A DNA stretch of 32,000 nt from Microcystis aeruginosa NIES-843 (GCF_000010625.1 NC_010296.1:2610001-2642000), one strand, 5' to 3'; shown: positions 8,756-16,454, numbered from the stretch's first letter. Translations and numbers: made by a program. The notes: generated by a model not told the origin, from the letters alone.

Positions 8756-8892
8756 CCCCCTGATCACTCCAATATCTGGCACTTTTTTGATGGCAAAAAA
8801 GCCTAAAGATATTAGCCAACAAGGTTTTTAGATTTATTCAGCCAGTCTGGATTAGCTACAATTGCAATTAGAGAAAAATTATTGAGAATCTT

Positions 8893-9327
8893 ATGCGAGA
8901 ACTAGACAGAGACAAAACCATCGAACAACTGAACGAAATCATGGAATTTGAACTAGCGGGAGTTGTCCGTTACACCCACTATTCCCTGATGGTGACAGGT
9001 CCCCATCGCATCCCCATCGTCCAATTTTTCCAGACTCAGGCCACGGAATCCCTCACCCACGCGCAACAAGTCGGGGAAATTCTCACCGGTTTAGAAGGTC
9101 ATCCTAGCTTAAAAATTGCCCCCATCGAGGAGAGCTATGAACACAATATCAAAGCAATCTTGAGTGAGAGCCTCAATCATGAGAAAAAATCCCTTGATTT
9201 GTACAAAGCACTCCTAGAAACCGTCGAAGATGCCAGTATTTACCTGGAAGAATTCGCTCGCGGTATGATTGGACAAGAAGAATTACACAATCTGGAAATT
9301 CGCAAGATGCTGCGGGATTTTGCTTGA
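8893..9327 (+). CDS. Ferritin-like di-iron protein (bacterioferritin/Dps-type four-helix bundle)
   Basis: The ligand pattern E...ExxH...E...ExxH is seen (EFELAG; ATESLTH; LNHEKK; QEELHNLE), and the 144-aa size fits. Confidence 0.75.
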   Translation: MRELDRDKTIEQLNEIMEFELAGVVRYTHYSLMVTGPHRIPIVQFFQTQATESLTHAQQVGEILTGLEGHPSLKIAPIEESYEHNIKAILSESLNHEKKSLDLYKALLETVEDASIYLEEFARGMIGQEELHNLEIRKMLRDFA

Positions 9328-9361
9328 GCTAGGATCAAAGCTAGAGTTTATCCACTAGCTT

Positions 9362-10282
9362 ATGAATCTTAGTTCCGCTTTACCCACTTTTATTATCACT
9401 CTCCGGGAAGGTTTCGAGGCCGCTTTAGTGGTGGGAATTGTCCTCGCTTGTTTACAAAAATCGGGTCGATCGCAACTTAACTCATGGGTGTATCGTGGTA
9501 TTGGTGCGGGAGTGGTGGCTAGTGTTTTGGTAGGTATTTTGCTAGGGGGAATCCTTTTGCAAGTGGATGCTTCTCCTAGTCCATTCGTACCAATGCTCAA
9601 GGAATTACTGGCCGCCACTTTTGGACTGATTGCCGTCTTGATGTTGAGTTGGATGTTAATTTGGATGACTCAACAGGCCAAATCTTTGAAATCTGAGGTA
9701 GAAAGTGCGGTAAAAGCGGGTTTAAAAGCGAAAAATGGGGCAGGAAAAGCGATTTTTCTGCTCGTTTTTATCGCTGTCTTGCGGGAGGGATTTGAAACTG
9801 TCCTCTTTATCCTGGCCCAATTCCAAAAAGATTGGCAGATACAAACCTTCGGTGCGATAGCAGGGTTAAGTGTCGCAACCTTGTTGGGAACTCTCCTATT
9901 TGCGGGGGGAGTAAAAATTAATATCCGTCTCTTTTTCCAAATTATGGGGACTTTGCTGCTCTTAATCGTTGCGGGATTACTCATCGGTGTTTTGAAACAT
10001 ATCGACGCAGGAATCAGTCTTTTAAGTGAAATTGACCCTTTTTATCGCCATTTCTGTCCTTCTCTCCCCTCCTCCTGTCTTCTCGGTTTTCAAGTTTGGG
10101 ACGGTTCCCAAATTTTGAGCGATCGCACTTTCCCCGGACTCCTCCTCAAATCTCTGTTTGGTTATCGTCAAAACCTCTATATCAGTCAAATTGTTGCCTA
10201 TATCCTCTTTTTACTGCTTATCGGTGGCCTCTATTTCCAAAGCTTACGACAACGTCCTCAAACAGTGACCAGTGACCAGTAA
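9362..10282 (+). CDS. FTR1/EfeU-family high-affinity iron permease
   Basis: Two REGFE motifs (REGFEAALV, REGFETVLF) lie in a polytopic membrane protein. The last ~6 codons and the stop lie in the heptamer array. Confidence 0.85.
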   Translation: MNLSSALPTFIITLREGFEAALVVGIVLACLQKSGRSQLNSWVYRGIGAGVVASVLVGILLGGILLQVDASPSPFVPMLKELLAATFGLIAVLMLSWMLIWMTQQAKSLKSEVESAVKAGLKAKNGAGKAIFLLVFIAVLREGFETVLFILAQFQKDWQIQTFGAIAGLSVATLLGTLLFAGGVKINIRLFFQIMGTLLLLIVAGLLIGVLKHIDAGISLLSEIDPFYRHFCPSLPSSCLLGFQVWDGSQILSDRTFPGLLLKSLFGYRQNLYISQIVAYILFLLLIGGLYFQSLRQRPQTVTSDQ

Positions 10283-10332
10283 ACAGTAATCAGTGACCAG
10301 TAAACAGTAAACAGTAATCAGTAAACAGTGAA
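10263..10332. repeat. Heptamer tandem array CAGTRAN x 10
   Basis: cagtgac cagtgac cagtaaa cagtaat cagtgac cagtaaa cagtaaa cagtaat cagtaaa cagtgaa. Confidence 0.95.
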
Positions 10333-10398
10333 AAGATGGCAAGAAACTGCTATTTAATACTGCTCACTTAACACATACTGCTCACTTAAAACTCAAAT

Positions 10399-10490
10399 CT
10401 GATAACTTACCCACTGATAACTTACCCACTGATAACTGATAACTGATAACTTACCCACTGATAACTGATAACTGATAACTGATAACTGAT
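10399..10490. repeat. Heptamer array CTGATAA (9 units) interspersed with CTTACCCA (3 units)
   Basis: Read directly. The array ends 1 nt before the ATG at 10492. A short copy of the same motif (CCCACTGATAACTGATAA) lies at 7617-7637. Confidence 0.95.
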
Positions 10491-10491
10491 T

Positions 10492-12105
10492 ATGACTACT
10501 TGGCAATGTGACGGTATCCCTAAAGATGGTAAAACTTATCCGCAAGCGATTGCGGGAGGTCATGAACCCTGCGACAATACTACTCCTGATTGTCCTATCT
10601 GTGGCCTACCTAGGGAAGCGATGGATCCCGTAACAACGACGGTTAAAACCACGGTTGTGGTCTCCCCGGGGGGTACAACTAGAGTCGGCCAAAAATCTAG
10701 CTGGTTACTTCCCTTCGCTTTGATAATTACCGCTTTAACCGCAGGTTTAGGGGGTTGGAGTCTATTGCAAATGCTGATTCCCAAACCCGATACTTCCCCA
10801 GTCGTCCTGGAAGAAACCCCAGACAAGCAAACCAAGGCAACTTTTGTGAGTAATACGGCTAAAAATCCCGATTTATTTAGCCAAGGTGAGAAAATACTGC
10901 TTAATTCCACTCCTAACAAAGAAAAAGGCGCAGCGGCCTTTAAAAAGGAAGATTGGGCAAATGCGATCGCATCTTACCAACTAGCAGCCACTCCCCAAGC
11001 AAACGATCCGGAGGGCAAAATCTATTACAATAACGCCAAAGCCAGACAAAAAGGTAATCAAAAGACTATAGCCGTTGTTGTACCCATCGCTAACGACCCC
11101 AACAGCGCCAAGGAAATTCTCCGAGGTGTGGCAAGGTATCAAGAGGAGTTTAATAATTCTAATCCGGGTAATCCTTTGGAAATAGTTATCGCTAATGATG
11201 GCGGTGGGTTACAATCAAAAGCGATCGCTGATGATCTGATTCAATCCGGTCAAGTTTTGGCAGTTATGGGCCACGGAATCGATCCTTTTAGTCAAAAAGC
11301 GATTGAAAGTTACGAAAAAGAAGGATTAGCCATTCTTTCTCCCCTGACTACCAGTGTTAGTCAAACGGGAAATGCAACCCTGAAAACCATTCCCCTTAAG
11401 GATAAATCTCAGGAAGTTTTAGGCAGTTATCTGGAAGCAGTGGCCAAAACTTTGGCTAATTATGCTAGTAAGCAAGAGAATTCTCCCTCAGTGGTTCTTT
11501 TTTATAATTCCGATAGTCCCTATAGTCAAAAATTAAAGGATTCCTTTGCTAAAGCAATAAAGGAACCGGGAGGCAAGATAGTTAAGGCAATAGACACAAC
11601 CAAAGCCAATTTTAACGCTAAAACCGCCATAGATCAGGCAAAACAAGCCGGCGCTAAGGTGGTATTTTTGGCCTTGAGTAAAGACGGCGATCGCATTGAT
11701 CAAGCCGTGGCTATTGCCCAAGAATCGTCTGGAATGCTCTTATTAGGCGGAAATGAACTTTATACACCCGATATCCTTATTCAAGGAGCGGATAGCATCG
11801 ACGGATTAGTTCTAGCAGTACCTTGGAGTTTCCAAGCAACGGATCCTTTTGCCAAAGATGCGCTGAAAAGTTGGCGCGGTCGCGTCAGTTGGCGTACTGC
11901 TACCGCCTACGATAGCATGAAAGTATTAGGAGAAGCGATCGCTAAAAGTTCTGACCGTGCTACTGTAGTCGAAAGTTTAAATCGAGGAATCACCTTGCAG
12001 GGAAGCACCACGGATTTTAACATTTTTAACCAAGTTCCCTTGGTGCGTGCTAATCGCGGCAATGAGGGGCCAAAGGGTTCTCAATATCAGTTCGATCCTA
12101 AGTAA
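10492..12105 (+). CDS. Type I periplasmic binding protein (LivK/Peripla_BP_6-like) with N-terminal Cys4 ribbon and one TM helix
   Basis: N-terminal C-x20-C-x6-C-x2-C, then the TM segment WLLPFALIITALTAGLGGWSLL, then a PBP fold (IAVVVPIANDPNSAKEILRGV...AVMGHG...ILSPLTTS). No permease or ATPase genes are adjacent. Confidence 0.75.
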   Translation: MTTWQCDGIPKDGKTYPQAIAGGHEPCDNTTPDCPICGLPREAMDPVTTTVKTTVVVSPGGTTRVGQKSSWLLPFALIITALTAGLGGWSLLQMLIPKPDTSPVVLEETPDKQTKATFVSNTAKNPDLFSQGEKILLNSTPNKEKGAAAFKKEDWANAIASYQLAATPQANDPEGKIYYNNAKARQKGNQKTIAVVVPIANDPNSAKEILRGVARYQEEFNNSNPGNPLEIVIANDGGGLQSKAIADDLIQSGQVLAVMGHGIDPFSQKAIESYEKEGLAILSPLTTSVSQTGNATLKTIPLKDKSQEVLGSYLEAVAKTLANYASKQENSPSVVLFYNSDSPYSQKLKDSFAKAIKEPGGKIVKAIDTTKANFNAKTAIDQAKQAGAKVVFLALSKDGDRIDQAVAIAQESSGMLLLGGNELYTPDILIQGADSIDGLVLAVPWSFQATDPFAKDALKSWRGRVSWRTATAYDSMKVLGEAIAKSSDRATVVESLNRGITLQGSTTDFNIFNQVPLVRANRGNEGPKGSQYQFDPK

Positions 12106-12193
12106 GCTAAACGGCGCTTAACCTGCATGATCCAACAGCTATAACCCTTTTGGAGTCTATATCGGTGATCCGAAGTAAAAGCCGTTTAGCTTA
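12103..12193. repeat. Long stem-loop: 13-bp perfect inverted repeat TAAGCTAAACGGC / GCCGTTTAGCTTA
   Basis: The arms are at 12103-12115 (including the stop codon) and 12181-12193, with a 65-nt spacer. Confidence 0.7.
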
Positions 12194-12218
12194 GGTAGGC
12201 GTTAAAAATTATCAGATG

Positions 12219-12296
12219 CCCCCCTTATCAAGGGGGGATTAAGGGGGGATCCCCCCGCCTATCGGCACCCCCCTTATCAAGGGGGGGCAGGGGGGA
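12219..12296. repeat. Cluster of C6/G6 homopolymer palindromes
   Basis: CCCCCCTTATCAAGGGGGG occurs twice (12219-12237, 12268-12287), with GGGGGGATCCCCCC at 12243-12256 and a further G6 at 12290-12295. Confidence 0.9.
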
Positions 12297-12325
12297 TCGA
12301 ACCTAAAATCCATTTTTAATTTAAT

Positions 12326-12605
12326 CCCACATTCCGCACCCTAGTCGTTGAAATCAAAAGTTGCTCTAGCCCTTGTATAGTAAGACTTTTAGCGATTACT
12401 AAGAATTATGAAGTGTCACACTCTAGTCAGCGATCGCCAGCTTAATGAGAGTTGATCTCAATAATTTGGTATCAGAGCTATCAGATTTTTAGGGCTAATT
12501 GTGCGTCTGCTGGGCAAACAAATTAGCCTGTAATTCAGAGCCGGCAATCGTTTTGACGATTTAGATAAAATTTTCAATGTGACAGTTGAGGGTGCGGAAT
12601 GTGGG
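12326..12605. mobile_element. 280-bp MITE with IS1634-like termini and 6-bp target-site duplication
   Basis: 17-bp perfect TIRs: CCCACATTCCGCACCCT (12326-12342) and AGGGTGCGGAATGTGGG (12589-12605). It is flanked by TTTAAT at 12320-12325 and 12606-12611. Its end is the same sequence as the IS end at 2481-2497. Confidence 0.85.
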
Positions 12606-12645
12606 TTTAATTATAACCAGCTACTTATCTAAAATAGATAATGTG

Positions 12646-13122
12646 ATGTCGAGGAGTAGAATCAAGTCTAATTTTATGAACAATATCTTACCCATCCTAG
12701 CTTTGTTAATGTCGGTGTCGGGAATTGCCGTGTCTTTGGGACGGGAGGAAGTCCGATGTCATCTCGGTTTAGAATCGGCAGCTTGTCCCCAGGAAGAACA
12801 AAACATCAACGAAGACACCCCCGCAACTACCCCCGCAACTACCCCAGAATCTCCCCGGATAGAAGAAACTCCCGCGGAAACTACCCGCAATAGCGAAGCT
12901 TCCCCCGAAGTTTCCCCGTCTCCTGAAAGCGAAACCCCGGTGGAATTCACTCCCATCCCGGAAAAGAACCCCAGTCCAGAAGTACCCCCCGAAAATCCCC
13001 CCACCCCGGAAACCAAAGCGGTGGAAAAAACTCCAGATGCAGAAAAAAGTCCGGATGTCAATCCATCTAAAGATGGAGAAACTGAAAGTATTCCGTTAGA
13101 AGTTATTCCCCCCGCACAGTAA
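12646..13122 (+). CDS. Membrane-anchored Pro/Glu/Thr-rich low-complexity protein
   Basis: The ATG at 12646 lies downstream of the MITE. A hydrophobic anchor ILPILALLMSVSGIAVSL is followed by a PE/PT-rich tail (TPATTPATTPESP...PEVPPENPPTPE). No recognisable domain. Confidence 0.5.
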   Translation: MSRSRIKSNFMNNILPILALLMSVSGIAVSLGREEVRCHLGLESAACPQEEQNINEDTPATTPATTPESPRIEETPAETTRNSEASPEVSPSPESETPVEFTPIPEKNPSPEVPPENPPTPETKAVEKTPDAEKSPDVNPSKDGETESIPLEVIPPAQ

Positions 13123-13214
13123 AATCGGACAAAATCAATTTCTGGTGGGGTAGGGTTGATTCATGAATCAACCCTACAGATCCCGGACAGTAAAATCGGA
13201 CAAAATCAATTTCT
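13117..13214. repeat. 71-bp-period duplication flanking a perfect 28-bp palindrome
   Basis: CAGTAAAATCGGACAAAATCAATTTCT occurs at 13117-13143 and 13188-13214. GTAGGGTTGATTCATGAATCAACCCTAC lies at 13150-13177. Confidence 0.85.
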
Positions 13215-13308
13215 TGGTTAGGATAGGAACTCATGCAAGAAGTAGTTATACTAAATCTGGTTATTAAAGACTGATTATTCATTCCCCTTTTTGCATGAGT
13301 GCATGAGT

Positions 13309-13341
13309 AGAAAACGGGTTTCTCCGAGAAACCCGTTTTCT
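13309..13341. repeat. 33-nt perfect palindrome AGAAAACGGGTTTCTC-C-GAGAAACCCGTTTTCT
   Basis: Read directly. It has no flanking T-run, so I did not call it a terminator. Confidence 0.85.
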
Positions 13342-13483
13342 GTGCGTTACTCAATTGTATCTAGCTTCTTTCGGCAAACCCTAACTATTGGATTAACGTT
13401 TCTTGCGAAGTCCCATTAATCCGAGTCCTGTAAAGGCCAGTCGATTTTTTTGAGAAAATTGAAGTATATTAAGTTTTATTAAG

Positions 13484-13584
13484 AACAATGAAACTGCAAC
13501 GGTTATCGGTGATTCAAAAGTATTATAATTGTCTTTGTTATCCTAAATCAATAGTTTTTGCTTGTCAATAATTATGAATAGTTA
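13484..13584 (+). repeat. 101-bp direct repeat, copy A (promoter/5' region and first 4 codons of the antitoxin gene)
   Basis: About 93% identical to 14203-14303. It contains a TATAAT at 13524-13529 and ATGAATAGTTA. Confidence 0.9.
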
Positions 13585-13795
13585 TCAAACCTATTTAACC
13601 ATCGATCATTCTCAGAAGATTATCCTCTCTAACTTACCCTTTAAAGCAGGAACAAAGTTAGCCATTAACATTCAAGTAGTTGAGGATGAAAAGACAGAAG
13701 CCGATTTTGAAGCCTTATTAGATAAAACTAAGGGAATCTGGACTAAAGGAGATGGCTTAGAATATCAGCAAAAAATTCGGGAGGAGTGGATATGA
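13574..13795 (+). CDS. Small antitoxin-like protein (VapB position, possible AbrB/SpoVT-like N-terminus)
   Basis: 73 aa, with an ATGA overlap onto the downstream PIN gene. The call rests on position and size; the N-terminal YLTIDHSQKIILSNLPFKAGTKLAI resembles swapped-hairpin antitoxins. Confidence 0.55.
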   Translation: MNSYQTYLTIDHSQKIILSNLPFKAGTKLAINIQVVEDEKTEADFEALLDKTKGIWTKGDGLEYQQKIREEWI

Positions 13796-14204
13796 AACGA
13801 TTAATAGACTCCTGTATTTTAATCGACCATTTTAATGGTATTACCCAAGCTACAGTTTATCTAAAAGCTCACCGAGATGAAAGTTATATTTCTGTCATTA
13901 CTAAAGCCGAAGTTCTCATTGGTTTTAATGATAATAATTCCTTTGAAAAAGCAGGAGAGTTATTAAGCCATTTCCCCTGATAGATTTAGATGTCAACATC
14001 ACTGATTTAGTCATTCAAATCCGTCGTGAACAAATCAAAAAAAAGGCAACCAAACAGCCTAACAAAAAGGTTATTCAATGGAAATTGCCTGATGCCATTC
14101 AAGCAGCGATCGCCCTTTACTATAATCTCAAATTAGTCACTCGTAATACCCAAGATTTTGATCTCAATCAACATCCATTTATTGAGATTCCCTATACCAT
14201 CTAA
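13792..14204 (+). pseudogene. PIN-domain (VapC-like) toxin with a frameshift
   Basis: PIN acidic residues are in the expected order (LIDSCILID; TKAEVL; LPDAIQAAIA; TRNTQDF). The frame breaks at the C4 run 13974-13977, and one extra C would give ...LLSHFPLIDLDVNITD... ending at 14204. Confidence 0.7.
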
Positions 14205-14303
14205 CAATAAAACTGAAACAGTTATCGGTGATTCAAAAGTATTATAATTGTATTTGTTATCCTAAATCAATAGTTTTTGCGTGTCAGTAATTATGAATAG
14301 TTA
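14203..14303 (+). repeat. 101-bp direct repeat, copy B
   Basis: Same sequence as 13484-13584 with ~7 substitutions. Here ATGAATAGTTAG terminates at once and is followed by a 73-bp inverted-repeat element. Confidence 0.9.
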
Positions 14304-14305
14304 GT

Positions 14306-14378
14306 GCTTGCTGAAAAAGTACGGGCGACGATCCCTAAAACCCTTACCTTGCCTACATTTCACATTTATTCAGCAAGC
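14306..14378. mobile_element. 73-bp miniature inverted-repeat element
   Basis: The termini GCTTGCTGAA (14306-14315) and TTCAGCAAGC (14369-14378) are complementary. The head resembles the GGGTTTGCTGAAAAAG family at 7482 and 8682. Confidence 0.55.
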
Positions 14379-14399
14379 CCTATTTACTTTTAGTCAAAA

Positions 14400-15638
14400 T
14401 TAATTAACTTCTAACCCTGGAATGCTTAACTGTTCGGTTTTTGGCTGTGTTTCCCCGATATAATCCCCTTGCAACATATTAATTAAACAGCCACCAAGAT
14501 GATAGGCCATATTAACGGGAACCGCGTTACCAATCTGTCGATATTGAGAGGTTAAATTACCGGTAAATTGCCAATCATCGGGAAAGGACTGCACTCGTGC
14601 ATATTCTCTCACCGTCAAAGGACGAGTTTCTTGGGGATGGCATCTTTCTGTTTGGGTTTGTGCCGGACTACAGGTAATAGTTAAAGCCGGTTCATCCCAA
14701 GATAATCTTTTAGCATATCCTGTCCGTCCGCCGTGATTTTTGAGACTATTTTTCATATATTCTTTTTGAATATCCATCGGCAAATTCCGCCAATTTCCTC
14801 CTGGGGGAACTAAGGACATAATCTCTTTTTTTCTTTCTTTATATTCTACTCCTGGAGAACTTGGACAATTCTCTAGAGCTTTTTTCAGAGAAATAGTATA
14901 GTTTCTATATTGGGGAAAAATGGGTTTAATATTTAGGTCTTGACGGGTGGCGATAATAATTAATCTTTCTCTTTTTTGGGGAACATCGAGAAATTGGGCT
15001 GATAAAACTTGATAAGCAGCATAATAACCGATTTCCTGTAAAGCTTCCAGCATTAATTGCAGAGTTTCTCCTTTTTTATTGCTTAATAATCCTCGAACAT
15101 TTTCGGCTATAGCGATTTTAGGTTGCACTTCCTGTAAACAACGAGCAAATTCAAAAAATAGGCTTCCTCTCAAATCTTCTAATCCTTTTCCTAACCCAGC
15201 ATAACTAAAAGGTTGGCAGGGAAAACCTCCAGCTACAATATCTATTTTGTCTCTAAAATTGGAAAATTTAATCTTTTTTATGTCTTGATTTATAACATTC
15301 CATTGCGGTCGATTAAGTCTTAAAGTATTAACACAATCTTGGTTGATTTCCACCAGTAATTGCGTTTTTAGTCCCGCATTTTCTAAACCTAAAGCCATAC
15401 CACCACAACCAGCAAATAATTCAATAACTGTGTAATTAGTTGGCTCAACAGTTTGTAAGATTTTCAATTCTCCAGGGAATTGGTTATTTTTAAGATTGGT
15501 TAATTGCTCGAGATCAAATAGCCAATCAACTTGATTAATTTTCTGACCTTTGATTAATTTTTTCTTTTGCCATGTTAGTATTTCTGCGGTAGTTACACCG
15601 AGAATATTAGCGGCTTTTTGTAGATTTACCTGAGTCAT
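14400..15638 (-). CDS. DNA (cytosine-5) methyltransferase with N-terminal helix-turn-helix extension
   Basis: Motifs I ELFAGCGG, IV GGFPCQPFS, VI ENVRGL, VIII QKRERLIII and X GNAVPV. The ~60-aa N-terminal extension VNLQKAANILGVTTAEILTWQKKK looks like an HTH. The ATG at 15638 is preferred over the TTG at 15644. Confidence 0.92.
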   Translation of the reverse strand: MTQVNLQKAANILGVTTAEILTWQKKKLIKGQKINQVDWLFDLEQLTNLKNNQFPGELKILQTVEPTNYTVIELFAGCGGMALGLENAGLKTQLLVEINQDCVNTLRLNRPQWNVINQDIKKIKFSNFRDKIDIVAGGFPCQPFSYAGLGKGLEDLRGSLFFEFARCLQEVQPKIAIAENVRGLLSNKKGETLQLMLEALQEIGYYAAYQVLSAQFLDVPQKRERLIIIATRQDLNIKPIFPQYRNYTISLKKALENCPSSPGVEYKERKKEIMSLVPPGGNWRNLPMDIQKEYMKNSLKNHGGRTGYAKRLSWDEPALTITCSPAQTQTERCHPQETRPLTVREYARVQSFPDDWQFTGNLTSQYRQIGNAVPVNMAYHLGGCLINMLQGDYIGETQPKTEQLSIPGLEVN

Positions 15639-15686
15639 AACCAATAATTAGCAACTTATCTACCTCTCTATTATACATCAAAGTAG

Positions 15687-16454
15687 CTAAACTTGATAAA
15701 GTTTTTTTTCGATTTTCCTGACTGTCATCTTTAACTTATTCAGGATAGTTTCATAATCTAAGTCCAACATTGACCAAAAAGCTTGCCCTGCTAATAGCTC
15801 AATATTATTCTCTTTAGCTTTGGTTTTGCTAATTGTCCAAGAATTGCCCATATCTAAAGCAGCGGCAAAAACTGAGTTAGGATGTATTTTTAATTCATTG
15901 ATACTCCGATCACTCTGGCTACCAGTAAGAGTATCTTTTTTAGTTTTTAATTGAGTGTATTTGATTATTCCTTGATTAAAAACTACTAAATCCACACCTT
16001 TGATTTTAAAATTTAGAATTTTTTCTGGTACAAAAACCTGTGAACTAATAGAAGCAATTTCTTCTAAAGTATGACCTAGACTTTCCGAGATAAGATTGAC
16101 ATATTTATTCGATAAGTACAAGTTTTCACATTGAGCAAACTCAAAAATATTTTTAAATCCTTTCTTCTTTTTGAGAGATATATTTTTAAAATCCTGTTTT
16201 TCTTTCAGGATTTTTTCAACTACTTTAGACTGGAACTCATCCAAAGCATCATCGATTTTTTGATCCCTATTGTCTGCAATGTCTGTGTCTGTTTTTCTAT
16301 TTTCTTGAAAATATTCAAAAATGAAATCATCAATTAGACGACAAATTTGATAAGTATCTACCAAGTCATGAGTAACAAAGGTAGGAATTTTGATCGAAGG
16401 TTTCTGTAAATTAATTTCTTCTAATAATTGGGTCAAGTTATGGCGATAGCTCAT
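15687..16454 (-). CDS. Putative type II restriction endonuclease (cognate of the adjacent methyltransferase)
   Basis: 255 aa, same strand, 48 nt upstream of the MTase. It has a possible PD-(D/E)xK-like core KGVDLVVFNQGIIKYTQLKTKK. The overall layout is reminiscent of TdeIII/Sau96I-type enzymes, but I cannot verify that. Confidence 0.55.
   Translation of the reverse strand: MSYRHNLTQLLEEINLQKPSIKIPTFVTHDLVDTYQICRLIDDFIFEYFQENRKTDTDIADNRDQKIDDALDEFQSKVVEKILKEKQDFKNISLKKKKGFKNIFEFAQCENLYLSNKYVNLISESLGHTLEEIASISSQVFVPEKILNFKIKGVDLVVFNQGIIKYTQLKTKKDTLTGSQSDRSINELKIHPNSVFAAALDMGNSWTISKTKAKENNIELLAGQAFWSMLDLDYETILNKLKMTVRKIEKKLYQV

Noticed and set aside
8876-8890. Fur-box-like AT-rich sequence AAATTATTGAGAATC immediately upstream of the ferritin-like gene
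   Set aside because: It is attractive given the ferritin/FTR1 iron context, but the match to the NATWAT hexamer model is only partial and the region is generally AT-rich. I cannot support it without a matrix scan or binding data.
9355-9984. Minus-strand ORFs 9355-9618 and 9670-9984 inside the FTR1 permease gene; similarly 10560-10919 and 11533-11721 inside the binding-protein gene, and 12759-13061 inside the PE-rich gene
   Set aside because: They are antisense to better-supported genes and have no recognisable features.
10263-10490. Possible CRISPR array
   Set aside because: The units are 7-8 nt tandem repeats with no spacers, and no cas genes are present. This is an STRR-type microsatellite, not a CRISPR.
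13103-13354. 83-aa minus-strand ORF
   Set aside because: It runs through the 71-bp duplication, the 28-bp palindrome and the 33-nt palindrome, so it is repeat DNA rather than a gene.
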